From NCBI GenBank assembly GCA_013239625.1, contig MU054400.1:4031802-4095801 (forward strand): a stretch of 64,000 bases of DNA, read 5' to 3'. This DNA comes from Lama guanicoe. Lineage: Eukaryota. The notes below the pieces were generated by a model. The model made no database searches. It was not told the DNA's origin and saw only the letters and a program-made list of their open reading frames with translations. How positions within the stretch are numbered: the stretch's first letter is position 1; every line of letters starts with the position of its first letter. Below, one piece after another: positions 10,725 through 23,240 of this stretch. The translations under genes and the position numbers were made by a program.

Positions 10725-11577
10725 TGTAAAGGAAATCTGTGTCTCTGTTCACAACACTTCTGACACCAAATGTGGGGGGTTTTCACACTAAGCAGTTCTC
10801 CAGTTCTCTCTAAACTCCAACTGGGTGTCCTACAATTTAATTCAATTCTGACACCAACTACCCAGAGTGCAGACCCCTGAAGTTAAGGGCTCAGTCCCAC
10901 AAGACTGTCCCCACTTTTGATACCAATCAAAAGTAGTGGGTCCCCAGGTTACCCACACCTCTGTCTGACTTGGCGACAAGTCAGAGTTCCCATGACCCTC
11001 TCCTTAGGTTTGATAATTTGCTAAAACCACTCACAGAATTCGGGAAAATCCTTAACTTGCTGTTCCTAGTTTATTATAAAGGATATTATGAAGGATGCAA
11101 ATGACCAGCCAGTTGAAGAGGTACACACGGTGAAGTCTGGAAGCATCCTTAGTGCAGGAGCGTCTGTCCCCAGGTTGTGCCATCCTCCCAGCTGGTGGAT
11201 GTGCTCACCACACTAGAATCTCCCTGAATCCCTGACTTAGGGTTTTATGGAGGGCCTGTAATCCAGGCACGATTGATTAAATCACTGGCCATTGGTGATG
11301 AACTCAATCCCCTGCCTTTTTCCCCTCCCCAGTGGTTGGGGGTGTTGAGGCTGAAAGTTCCAACCCTTTAATCTAGTGGTTGGTTTCTCTGGCGGCCAGA
11401 TCCCATTTTCCAAGTAGGGGTTTAGCTTAGACTCAGGTATGATTGAAAGGGGCTTATTATCAATAACAAAGGATGCTCTTCTTACCCTTACCATTCGGGG
11501 GATTCCAAGGGTTTTTAAACCTCTGCCAGGAAGCAGGGGCAGAGACCAAAGATATATTTCTTACTCTATCACAATAT
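10725..11577 (-). mobile_element. MER21-like ERV solo LTR
   Basis: CACAACACTTCTGACACCAAATGTGGGGGG, AATTCAATTCTGACAC, GTTAAGGGCTCAGTCCCACAAGACTG, GATTCCAAGGGTTTT..GACCAAA..ATATATTTCTTA..ATCACAATAT are MER21 hallmarks. Confidence 0.85.
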
Positions 11578-11859
11578 GGAGAGGATGTGACAAGGTGACA
11601 AGTTATGAAAGAAGAATCAAGAGACTTTGGTGGCAGGTTGGATGGAAGACCTGGTGGGGGGCAGGAGGAACCAGATAGGTTGGTGACACTTCTGTGGGTA
11701 TTGAATATAACACCACTGCCCTGGGGTTTTATTTCCAAGGCTGTCGGGACAAGGAGCTTCTCTAAAGAGAAAATGAGCAACACTTTTCTAGATGTGTGGA
11801 TTTTGGGGTATAGTCAAGTGGAAAAGTCTAGTAAAAGGCTGAAAAATTCTGTCAAATTA

Positions 11860-12045
11860 ACAAAAGCAACTAGTATTTATTCTGTGCTTACTATGTATTT
11901 CCTGTTCTAACAACTTCCCGCATGTTAATCTGTTAAATCCTGATAAAAATGTTATGAGACAGACACTATTATAATGTCCACTGTATAGACTGGGAAACTG
12001 AGTAACAGAGAAGTTCAGTAACTGGTCTGAAGTCACACAGCTGAT
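11860..12045 (-). mobile_element. MIR SINE
   Basis: GTGCTTACTATGT..GGAAACTGAG..CAGAGAAGTTCAGTAACT..GTCACACAGCT. Confidence 0.8.
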
Positions 12046-13494
12046 GATGTTCCATCCAAGCTACTCCTCAAGGTCTTTGCCACACTTCCTCCCAACTTGG
12101 ATCCGGGGATTTGCATCTCAGCTCCCCTTTAAATTTATCAAATCAACCTAGAGCTGAGAGTCTAGAGCTGTCCGTATCATATTAACTAATTAAAAATTTG
12201 TAAGGGAAATATACAATTAAAATGAGTCATCCAAAATGAAATTATATTTACATATACAAAGAATCAAAATAGGTATGTGGCCATGTGGCACATTTATTTT
12301 GTGGCTTCTAATTAGGATGCTTTGATTTTTACCATTGCTGTCTCAGTATTTAGTAGGATTTAGTACGGCCATAGGTGGAGACCAGTGGGGGAATGAATCA
12401 TGAATTATAATATCATGCCTTTGAAGAGCCTCTCAAACATGATTAAAATTACTAGCAATAATATGTTCATGAGGTAAGTAATACTAGCTTTATAATGTGA
12501 ATCTGTGGCAATAGCATTTTACAGGTTGCTGAAAATAAGCTGCTAGCTGGTAACTCAGTTTACTTCTTTAAAAATAATTTTTATTCTGTGTATGAAAGTA
12601 ATGCATTTTCACTAATCAGTTTAACTTAAGTTGTGTGTTTTTGCTGGATCAAAACTTGTTATTTTGTCTTTTTGAAAAGAATTGTTAAATTCATTCTCTG
12701 AGATTAATAGCTGGCGTTGCTGCTTTGTTCTGGAAACAGTTTAAAAGAGAATTTGCATTCCTGAAGTCAGAGGCTGTTTCCAGGCTTCAGGCTTCATCCT
12801 CACAAGATCTACTGGAAGAGACAAATTTGAGAGACGGGAAATTGCATCCGTGAAGATGTAAAGGGGTCATCACTAGGGTAGTAGATTTAGGACACAGGTG
12901 GACAGGACAATTGCTGTCTCTTCTGGCCAAGCCAGCTTCACAACAGGATGGGGAAATGTGGGAAAGAAAATCATCTTTACTTGTGCACACGTTTTGGCCT
13001 ATTGCTGCCTCTGCCACCAGCCATTTGGGATGGGAGAGTGACCTCAGTATGGGTACAGCCTGGCTCTTTTTAACACTGCATACTTCTCCTGGCCATCAGT
13101 AAACCTGGGAAAAGTGACTGCCTGGAGAAATACATTCAGGACCTCTGTATGGCAACATTGAGCGATGGGGCATCTCCAGATCTTGCCAGTAACTCACTGC
13201 TGACACTGTGGGGACACATGTTTATTGATGGTGGGGCTGGGGTGCTTTGGGGTTGACTGAGGCAAAGGCTCTCTGTGCCTGTAGCCACTGGGCTCAGGGC
13301 TGTTGAGCCATGGTAGGATAACTGCCAATCATGGGAAAACTGGCAAAATCTTTGTGAAGTTGTACAAATCAGATACATAGGCTTGAGGTAGATGAAGTCA
13401 ATCAGTCAATATGATGTGGTCCAGCCTAAGAGCTGTGGGAATGAGAATGCCAGGGAGAACGGGAGAAGTCTTGTGGCAGTTTTGCTGAAGCAAG

Positions 13495-13516
13495 TGTGTG
13501 TGTGTGTGTGTGTGTG
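13495..13516. repeat. (TG)11 microsatellite
   Basis: Perfect TG run. Confidence 0.97.
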
Positions 13517-14711
13517 TCTACATACGGAATCAGTTTTCCTCTCAATGACCAACACATGAGTGGATTCCATGCTCCCTTCCTGGTTGTGTAGCTCCAAGCT
13601 CACAGGCAACAAGGTGAGACCAAAGCAGTGCTGCTTGGCCTAGAAGGGAGATTCTCCTGCACACTCCTCCAACTTCCCTTCCAGTGATGGCTTAAAGATG
13701 AAGATGAAGACAGGAGGGAAGGCTCTTCAGAAACGAAAGGTCTAAGTCAAGCTTCTAATTTGGGAAGACCTCTGCAAACCTGATCACTTCCTTGACTTAA
13801 AATCCATGGTTCACACCCCTGGGGAGTTCTGCCAACTGTGTGCTGTCTTCTCAGCAGCCATGAACGCAACAGAGATCACAACTTCATTTCAAACAAAAAT
13901 GATCTGCTTTTATTTTTTCCATGTGGGAATGAGGGGAGGGTGGAGGCAGGATAAATCTATTTGCCAGTTCTTTAGATGAAAGTTATTAAGCAATGGATGA
14001 TTTATTTTATATTCAGGCTCTAGAGTGTTTTTTAAAAAATCTAGGCCATTTGTGTTTATTTTACTTAGGAAGAGTCTAAGAAAACAGTGTGAGTGAAATA
14101 TTTCACTCTGCCCCATCTAACGGTTTTACAAGCAAATTACGTTAAATGATAGAGAAGGCACATAAGGGGAAACATTAAAAAGTGCTAGTGAAAAAGAGGG
14201 GGAAAAGTACATTTTTTTAATAAAGGCTATTAAACTCGTTTTATAAATAAAAGCTGTAATCACTAAAAGACACAGTGAAGTTGCTTTTGTTTGGTAGCAC
14301 ACATAGGACCATAGTTGTTCCCGCCCCGAGTACGAGGCTAGATCTGTTCTAGCACATCCTTTAGTGGAGTGATGCTAGGGGCTCTCCCAGCCCTTCTCAG
14401 TACACACAGCCTGGTTGGAGAAATGATCACTTTAGGCATCTCTTCTAAGTTACAGATACCTCAATAGCCTCTTGGTGTTTGGCTGTTTTGCAGGAATATT
14501 TTCACTTTTTATTTTTCTCTCAAAGACAGAAGGAGAGAACTGCCAGGGTGAAGGGTGAGCAGATGCTGATCACCTGTGGGGCTTTGTAAACTGCATTTCC
14601 ACCCCAACAGATCTTGACAGTGGAGAGCCTGCCATCCCTTTATGGGGTGCCCTAGTCCCTCTTAACCCCAAACCACACCAAGTCAGCAGCCTGACTGACA
14701 GCGTGTACCTC

Positions 14712-14826
14712 TTTTTTTTTTTTGCTATTATATTTTATTCATTTTTTTTAATGGAGGTACTAGGGGTTGAACCCAGCACCTTGCACACGCTAAGCATGAG
14801 CTCTACCTCTGAGATATACCCTCCCC
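14712..14826 (-). mobile_element. tRNA-derived SINE, vic-1-like (camelid)
   Basis: Minus strand GGGGAGGGTATATCTCAGAGGTAGAGCTCATGCTTAGCGTGTGCAAGGTGCTGGGTTCAACCCCTAGTACCTCC plus A-rich tail: tRNA-Ala-like head with A box and B box (GGTTCAACCCC), ~115 bp. Confidence 0.85.
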
Positions 14827-14865
14827 ATGAGGGAGTGTGTCTTATCCCTCAGGTGTTCAGACAAG

Positions 14866-14969
14866 TAAAAAATCATATATAGAGAATGATATATATAACT
14901 GAAACACTATGCTGTACATCAGAAACTAACACAACATTGTAAATCAACTATGCTTCAATTTTAAAAAAA
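14866..14969 (+). mobile_element. Short L1 3' end
   Basis: TATATAACTGAAACACTATGCTGTACATCAGAAACTAACACAACATTGTAAATCAACTATGCTTCAAT plus A tail. Confidence 0.85.
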
Positions 14970-15149
14970 GTCTGAGAAACATTAGTTTTTCTGAGAGGAT
15001 TTTTATTTCCAGAAAAAGGAGCATATCCCATCACCAAATATCCATCTGCTAGTCAAGCAAGATAGGGTTATACTTCATTAATCAGTTGTGGTTTCCAAAT
15101 AATTTATATTTGAATATGCAGGCTAGGATGCAAAGTCTTTGCAGATTTC

Positions 15150-15346
15150 TTTTTTTTTAAATTGAAGTATAGTCAGTTTACAATGTGTCAATTTCTGGTG
15201 TACAGCATAATGCGTCAGTCATACATATACATACATGTATTCGTTTTCATATTCTTTTTCGCCATAAGTTACTACAAGATATTGAATATAGTTCCCCGTG
15301 CTATACAGTATTAACTTGCTGTTTATCTATTTTGTATATAGTAGTT
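15150..15346 (-). mobile_element. Short L1 3' end (younger subfamily)
   Basis: T-run, AATTGAAGTATAGTCAGTTTACAATGTGTCAATTTCTGGTGTACAGC..CAAGATATTGAATATAGTTCCCCGTGCTATACAG. Confidence 0.88.
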
Positions 15347-16629
15347 AGAATCTTGCAGGGTTTGTTTTGAGCACGGACTGGATGACTTTGCTTAAAGGTC
15401 ACTGTGAGAACTGTTTCGGGCAAGGAAGCTTCAAACATGGTTCTACTCCTGAACTGTGATAGGAAAAAGAGGCTGTAAGTGCAGTTTCTCTTTTTAACCC
15501 ACTGAAAGTTTCTGTTACAGTTTATTTTCATCTAAAGGATTGTTTGTGATGGTACCAAATCCCAGCGGTCACGAGAGAGCTTAAGTCCTCCTGTGAGATC
15601 CACCACTTTGAATAATGATCCATCAGGCTTGGAGATTTGAACTTCTGAGATTAGAGACAGCTGTGGGCAGAAAGAAACTCCTCCACCCCATGGTCTAACA
15701 TTCCCACAGAAATTAATATGCTTTTAGTTGAGCCAGCTCAGACACAGAGGAGTCAACACTGGAGCATTTATCTGAAAAGGGAACCCTCCCTGCAAAATCC
15801 TGACACGTCTTGAAAAAGCCTCTAAAAATCTAGACATGACTGCGGTGTAAAGGCCTGTCCATGAAATGCGGGTGGAAGGGAGATGGTCCAGACCTGAAGA
15901 GCCTAAATCCATTTGTGGCTTTTGCTGAACTTTGATCTGATGTCCGGCATCATTCAGGGTCCCATAAAGAAGACAAACTCCATCTGTGGGAGACAGCAGG
16001 CCTGGCTGGCTTCTTGGAGGAGGTGGCAGTTCTTGGATGAAATTTAGTATCTCTAGAATATAGGATACAATAAGGGGCGAGAAAGCATTTCTAGACACTT
16101 CCTTTTTGGGTTTTCACTCCCTAATTCTCTTAAGTTTATTTCAGCCCCCATTTATAAAACTTATAAAGAAGGATAACTTTAGATTCAGTGAAGAAATTTT
16201 TTCCCCTTCACTTTTCTCCTTCAAATGGGAAAAAAAGTAGTTTTAGGGAGATATATTGAAGACGGCCCTCAAGACTTGTCCCCACTCTCTGTGTCCTGCC
16301 TGTGTCCTATACCAATGGGTTGTTATGTGGAAAAGGCCTTCTATTTTCTCTGTAACTGAAACAAAATGAAAGGAAAGGAAAACAACCCAACTGCCAATTC
16401 CATTTCAGTCAACAGAACTTGAGAAGTCACTGCTTGAGCAATACTTTACTTGGCGGAGTAAATCAGTGCCCACACACTAGGCTGGAGGATGTTGGATGGT
16501 GATTTAAAAGTGAGGCTCGAATCTCAAAATCCAGACAGTCCTCCTGCTTTGCTCCTGCCCCCGAGGCACAGAGGGGCTCTCTCCTGGGCCTTCAGCTCTC
16601 CCTGCCCTCCTGAGGCCAACCTGTGGCTC

Positions 16630-16790
16630 TGCCCTTGACCAGCTGGGAGGAGGGTTACTCAGTGAGCCTTGGCACCTTCATCTGTGAAAAAATTACTTCT
16701 CGGGGCTGCTATGGGAAGTAAAGAGGACAGTGAATGTGATGGTCGCAGCACAGTGCTTGCGCTAAATAAATGCTCAACAAAATGTTAGCG
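16630..16790 (+). mobile_element. MIR SINE remnant
   Basis: CTTCATCTGTGAAAA..GCACAGTGCTTG..TAAATGCTCAACAAAATGTTAGC. Confidence 0.6.
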
Positions 16791-17543
16791 CCTGTGTCCT
16801 TTGGAACATTCAATGGTAAAGGAAACTGCAAACCTGCGATGCCGGAAAACATGATACTGGAAATGATAATTGCGCTCATGAATATTTTAATATACAGTCA
16901 CAAACAAATTCTGGGAAGACGAGGAGATGTGCTGGGAGATTAGAAGTGGCGAATGTTTTTTATTTTCAAACAAAAGGTAGATCCTGCAAAAATAAATCCT
17001 GGGTAAGAGTGCAGCGGATCTTTAAAGGGGTGGGCTGTGGGCATCCAGAAAAGGAAGCAGCATTATAGAACTGGCAAGTGTTGGTTAAGGTCATAGATAT
17101 CCAGTCTGCAGTCCCTCATGTTTTTTTTAAAAGAATAAATGGGCAGAAATGGAAAAATAATTACTTTGAACATTAGAAATGTTTTATTTTACCAGAGGGG
17201 GAGGCTTGAATTCAAGCCTTCGAGACAAGCTTGCTTCTTTTTTTTTTTTTCTTTAAATGTATATACACATGAATGTATGTATTTTATTCTGGGAAAGGAT
17301 CATAAAGGATCATATTGATTCTAAACTCCATGAAGACAGGCAGTGTCACTGGTTCCTAGGACAATACCTGCGACAAAGGACTATTTGTCGAATGAATGAA
17401 TGAATGTATGAGCAATGAGTCAGTAGCAAGTACCCGCCCAACCACTGTTGGGAAATACTGGGGAGTAACCAGAATGAGGTTTTATTTTTATTTGTTTGGT
17501 TTGTTTCTGGCACACATGTTTTAACTGGGATTCTTTGGGAGAA

Positions 17544-17565
17544 TGTGTGTGTGTGTGTGTGTGTG
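17544..17565. repeat. (TG)11 microsatellite
   Basis: Perfect TG run. Confidence 0.97.
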
Positions 17566-18399
17566 CACTGCAAGTTGCTGTCTGTTCTTATGAAACTGTG
17601 CGTGTTCTTTGCTGAGTGATTGTGCCCCAGGAGACTCAGATGCTGAGGACTTCGGGAAGCTGATGGAGTATATCCTTCTTTTTGTGGAGAAGAGTCTATA
17701 ACAACAAGCTGGTCTACGCTTGGGCACATGTGAAAATGGCCGTCCCCTAGCATGCTGAAGGTGAACAGGTGTTACTAGGAATCGCTAGGTGTCTTTGGGC
17801 AGGAAGGTAATGGGGACTTTCCTAATCAGCTCTCCTGGAGGGAAAGTGCTCTTCGTCATGGGATGGAGAGCTGGGTCGTGGGGGGAGGCCTTACTCTGCC
17901 CTCTCTCTCGGACCTCGTGGGAAAAGTGTGCACTCTAGAAAGAAGGTAGGAGAGCTGGACTTTGTGGCATGGTGGCAAGCCAGGAGACAAGAAAGGGGAC
18001 CCGAGCAGGATGGACTTGTGGGCTAGACTATTAAACAAGGTCAACTCTTAAGCAAGGTTGTCATAGGTACTTCCCATAAGATACTTCCTTGATGCATCAG
18101 GCTTTTGGAAAATGAATCCAAACAGATTGTGAGCATCTCAGTCACTCAACTGGGCGATTGGGTTGTGAAAAAGTTTTGCATGATTTTTGGAGGAAAAGGG
18201 CCTGTGCCACATGAGTCTTTCTCACCCTGAGCATCTCTTCTTGCTGCCAGTGATTCTCAGGTTAAAGAGCCTTGGTTTTGTCATCTTTCATCATGTCTAT
18301 GTTGCTTCCCTTGTTATGAGAACAGATGTCTCCCAGTCTTCCTTTACTTGCCTTGCTGAGTTGCCAATGCCATAGTAGATAATACGGAAAAGGAAAGCA

Positions 18400-18600
18400 G
18401 GACCATTTGTCTATGCTAGGCACTCTGCGTATGTTATTGTATTCATTCCTCTTGGCCACTGTGACACAGGAGTATTATCATACCCATTTTACAGATTTGA
18501 AAACCAAGGCACAGAAAGGCTAAGTCGCTTGCCCAACCTCACCTAGGAGTAAGAGGTCACCCCAGGCATTGAACCTAGAAGCATCTGGCTCCAGAATCCT
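18400..18600 (-). mobile_element. MIR SINE
   Basis: CCCATTTTACAGATTTGAAAACCAAGGCACAGAAAGGCTAAGTCGCTTGCCCAA. Confidence 0.8.
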
Positions 18601-18691
18601 TGCTATTTCTTCCATGACTCCTCCCCAGGCTACGCTCTTGGGCACTTCTCCACATTCTCTGATAGGTATGCAGGCGCGCATGTGGCATCAG

Positions 18692-19298
18692 TGTTACTGA
18701 ACCAGGTTCATTTGCCCAACACCCAGCAAGCCACAACACTGAGATGCTGAGGTTTGCCGCAAAGAGGGGGTTTATTCATAAGGCAGCCAAGCGAGGAGAT
18801 GGGAGAACAAGATTCAGATCTGCTTCTGCAAAGGCGAGGGGCTCGAGACATTTATGGGGTAAAGAAGCAGTGTGGTCTTAGTGGGGAAAAGGGATTGTGG
18901 GTAAGGTGAGGTCATCGGTGTTCTGCGCAGGCGTATCTTGAATCACATGCTTCTTCATGGGATGTAGGTTCAAAAGAGGAGGCGCTTAGCATGATCTGAG
19001 GGTGGAGTTTTTGGCTCTCTAATGTCAAAAGGTCACCCATCGGCCACCTGAGCAGGCCCAGTTCTAGGGTCAGTGGTCCCAACCAGTCTTAGTGCACACT
19101 TGAACTAGACAGAACTGACTCCAAGTCCCTGGAAAAGAACTCAAACATCTTACTGTTTAGGCTACCTGAAGCTTTGAAGATACGCAATTTGCAACAAAAT
19201 AATTCAGATGAGCTTGCTCAGTGAGGGCAGGCTACAAGCGGAGGGATTTTTAACAAGCCATAAGATGCGCTCAAGAATTCCTGTTAGTCACCAGTTTC
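18692..19298 (-). mobile_element. ERV1-class (MER41-group-like) solo LTR, near full length
   Basis: TGTTACTGAACCAGGTTC..CACTGAGA..GGGTTTATT..GAGGAGATGGGAGAACAAG..CAGATCTGC.. ending CCAGTTTC; ~600 bp. Confidence 0.72.
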
Positions 19299-22200
19299 TG
19301 TTAACCCTCGGGCACGGTTTTCTTAGGAGCAGGACAGATATGCAGACCTGTAGGTAGCATGTGGGACCAGGATGCCATCTTGGTAAACGCTCAACTCTTG
19401 CCATTTTGCTGATTCTACCTCCCTCCCCCACCCCCGTCAGCAGTCTCCTGCCTTGGAAAGAAGTCACAACAATGGATTTGTCACTTGAGATCAAACCAGT
19501 GATCCCCCCAGCTCAGTTTCCTGCCTCTTGCGTTGGGCTGAGTCATGACACATGAGCAGGAGGCAGAACGCTGGGCAGCCCCCAAGGCGAGCAAACAATA
19601 TTGCTGGTGTAAGAGGGATGAAAACCTCTCGGCTGACCCCAGACCCATGCGTGCCCCAGAGCAGCAGATTTAATGAAGCAAGTGGCCAGGTGAGGTCACA
19701 GACCAAATTCCAGGCATGTTTTGCCCACCCCGGTTTGAAGGGCCTCCTTGCATCTCTCTGTCAGATTTATAGACACATCTGAATCTCATTTTTAAAATTC
19801 CAGACTCTGGGCTTTGATATATTTCTTTCTAATACTTTTCTGCTGTGGCCTGGGAAGCAAAAGGAACACTTGCATCTGCCTTGAAAATAAGATGAACAGA
19901 AGAGGAAAATTTAAAACGATCTTCAAGAATATTTGAAGAACCTAATGTTGGCATCTTAGGGTACACCAGGAAAACGAGGACTTTGTTTTAAAATGTTTCC
20001 TTACTTCACGTGGAGTTGGTTTCTAGCCATTACCCTGCCTTTCATATTAGCTTTAAATAATTTACCCAACATTTAAACACGCTGACTGCCTCTAAAAGCC
20101 ATTGAGATCATATGCACTGAGCGGAGCCAGTGGTTCACTGACAAGGCAGGTGGCCGGGCTGGCAGATTCTGGGTCAGATACTGGACGGTCCTCCGCGTCC
20201 CAGGTGGCTCTGAGCTGTCGTTCTGAGAATGACATCCTAGGAAGAGAACCTAGAAGAGTTTTAAGCCTAGTGGGGGTTTGTGTGGATACTGAAGGGCCAG
20301 ACCCTGAAGCCCCAAGGCTGTGGGGATTAAAGATCCTCAGCTCTCTAAGGGAAATGGTCGGTGCTTGTCCGCATGTGTCTGCAGTGGCTCCCCTGGGATG
20401 GGCGCCGAGCTGGGCTGGATACATGCCGGAGTCTCGCCATGTGTGTGTCTCGCGAGAACGAGAACTCGGGACCGACACTGCTGTGATGGGGCTGAGTTTT
20501 TTTGTTTGTTTTTTAAGTTTCCTCCTACTTCTTTCCTGCTACTATGTGAATTTTGGTTTATTTCACACCTTTTTTTTTTTTTTGGTCTTTTTTTATTTTT
20601 TTCCCTTTTTCTTTGTGAGGCTGAATTAAGTCTGGCCCACAAGAGTTCTGCAGAATTAGCCAAAAGAAAAACAATACCCTCCTTTCCTCTGTGTCCCTCT
20701 TGCTATTTCCATGAACATAACCAATGGATCTCAGGATCATGACTAGAACTTTTCTCAGATGACCAGGGGCCACGATACAACGGCCGAACTTCAGAGGGAT
20801 CCTCTGAATGATCCTGTGTTCAACCACCTCCCAGATTATCGTGGCCAGTGGATCTAGAATATGAGTTAACCCAGCTGCTTGAGGAGAGGAAGATCGGCGT
20901 TAGGAACCATGGTCAAGAGTTCAAGTTGATTACTTTGGCATTTTTCTTTGGAAAGTTGCAAAGCCCTGACATTAAAATATCCTCCTGGTTAATTAAAGGT
21001 TTTAATATAACAGTGCGTAAAAGACATGGATGAGCGTCACGGCACCCTTGTTGCCGAATTAATGACTAAGCAAATGAGACCCAGACCCCAAGCTTATCCG
21101 CCATTAAGCATCTCTGAGCTGGCAGGAGGAGCAGACTGACAAGAATCCCCGTGGAAATGATGGAGTTTCTCAAACAGCCTGTGTTATTTTAATTAGACTG
21201 GGATATGGAGAACACGGTGCATTGATAAACTGGAGAAATAATGAAGGTTGTTTCTTCTCCCCTCATCTCTCTCCACTCCCTTCAAATGAAGCAATTATGT
21301 CCCTGACCTCAGGAGCTGCATTTCAAAGAGGTCTGAAGACAGGCTTAGGCCTGCTGCTCCGGAGAATTCTGTGGTGCCCAATTACTGACCTCAGGAGTCA
21401 GCATTCCGAAGATTAGAGTCACGGGGAGTTTGCTTCACAGGCTCACTTCTAATAATACACCTTCCGTGCAGACGCCGCTAACCTGCCTTTTTCAGTTAGC
21501 CAATAAGGTTTGTCTAGGGGCGAAATTGTTATCAGCTCTCAGGGGGTCAGGCCCCCGGCTCTAATTAGAACCAGAGGCATCTGCAAGGGAAAGTCATCAA
21601 AGCACCCAGATGGTCGACGCTGATGGTGGAGGAAGGCGAGGTGAGAAGTCATTCTGAGTCTTGGAACCTACGGGAACAGGACCCCCCACCCCCCACCCCG
21701 CCGGTGCTGAACCACGGATCACTCAGTCTCTCCAGCACCCCAGTCTTCCCGAGGAGTTCTAGCCCTGTTAGCTGCGTGGGTAATATCGTTGGCTTAAATA
21801 TTCCCGAGGACACGGCGAATCCCCAGCCTGGTCCCTATGCAATGTGGCACCCGTGGGGGGATCGAGCGGATGGGTGCTCATCTTCTGCAGGGCTCCATTG
21901 CCTCAGGGAACGTCTGCTGACAAAGACTGACCACAGTCACAACTGCTGCTCTCCTCCCCGGCACCAGCCTAGCCAGGAAGACAGGCAGTCAGTCCCTCAA
22001 GAACACAGAGCGTGATAACGGGGAGGGGGGGGAAAGAAAGCCTCTGTGAGGCCCATCTGAAGGAACAGCAGAGCTAGCTGGGCACTAGGGGGGAAGGTGG
22101 CATCCAGGCAGGGGGCGGAGTGTGGCAGTAGCACCACAGGGAGACAGACGCAGCTCTTCCAGGGTGGACGTGGCGGCTCTGCGGTATTTAGCACGTAGTA

Positions 22201-23069
22201 GGTTTACGTGACCCATAGTAGGTGCTCAAGAAGTACTTGTTGGATGAATTATTGAAGAAGGGGCTGCGGGACGTGTCTGGAGAGGGGCCACAGTGGCCGC
22301 CTTCCACAATTTGGGCTTTACCCTGCAGGCACTTGGGAGCCGCTAAAAGGCACTTGGGAAGCTGATTCTGTTGTGTCTTGGAGGTGTGGGAGGGTGTGAA
22401 AGTGCAGTCCTTTACTTGGCAGCAAGCTTGCAATTAGGTGATGACAAATAGGCACTGGATGCGGGCTGATGACCCACGCAGAGTCCCCCTCTGATGGGCA
22501 TCCCAGAGGTCCCTTCTCCCTCCTGGCTCTCAGTGTCCCTCCCTCTTCCCCCTGTCTCCATCCCTTAGCTTTTTCTACCCCTGTGTCCTTCCCCAGGGCC
22601 CTAGCCCCATCTGGAGGGGAAGCATCAGACCCTCCAAGTGGGGTCCTGTAGTTTGGGAGGAAGCCCCACGACATTGACATCCTCCAGCGTAGCCTCTTGA
22701 AGACCACCCTCTTTCCTACAGTGTTACTTTAAAGTTCTCATGCTCAGGGCCTTTATTCAACTTTATATGATTTTACACCTGCTCTCTTTCCGTGTACCAC
22801 TTTCCCAAATCTCCCAGGTAGTTCACGGCGTTGTATTAGGGCAGTGGGATTAGTGGGAACATTTCTCAAAGCTGTCACTTTGTGGCTGTGGGTAGGTTAG
22901 TTTTATTTCACATACTCATTTTATAATGAAAGCAAGGTTTCAAAGTTGTTTTTGCCTTCACTGCAGGCCTTTGCTCTCTTTCCAGTGATCAAGAATCTTT
23001 TCTTGCCACTTTTACAGCAGTCACACCACATTTTTTCCGTTTTTTAGACTCTGAAAGACTGTAAGACTC

Positions 23070-23240
23070 AGAGAAGAGTTTTCCAGCTGGGCCCCCTAGC
23101 AGAGGAGTTAGTCTGGGAGGAAGAGGGGGCTGAGGCAGGCAGGCTGCGGGCCCTTACACCCCGCTTCAACCACAGCGACTTGCCTATGAGATCCCATTGG
23201 AATTGAGGGTTCCAGGGTCGAGCAAAACTTGGGAAGCACC
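23070..23240. mobile_element. hAT-Charlie MITE (MER103-like)
   Basis: CACCCCGCTTCAACCACAGC..GAGGGTTCC..AAAACTTGGGAAGCACCG. Confidence 0.5.

Noticed and set aside
10074..10752. 161-aa and 102-aa minus-strand ORFs
   Set aside because: They lie largely antisense to an MLT1 LTR remnant and show no protein homology I recognise.
12784..12860. Possible last coding exon (TTTCCAG acceptor, ..SQDLLEEDKFERREIASVKM*)
   Set aside because: Short pyrimidine tract, unrecognised peptide and no upstream partner exon.
14752..14826. tRNA-Ala gene
   Set aside because: The tRNA-like head is degenerate, its stems are mismatched and it runs into an A-rich tail; a SINE explains it better.
17202..17219. Perfect 18-bp palindrome AGGCTTGAATTCAAGCCT
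   Set aside because: Real, but a 9-bp arm is expected about 0.24 times per 64 kb under equal base frequencies (64000/4^9), and there is no supporting context.
20092..20827. Overlapping long ORFs (128-175 aa) on both strands
   Set aside because: Non-ATG starts for most, GC-rich then poly-T low-complexity sequence, no recognisable domain; consistent with chance ORFs.
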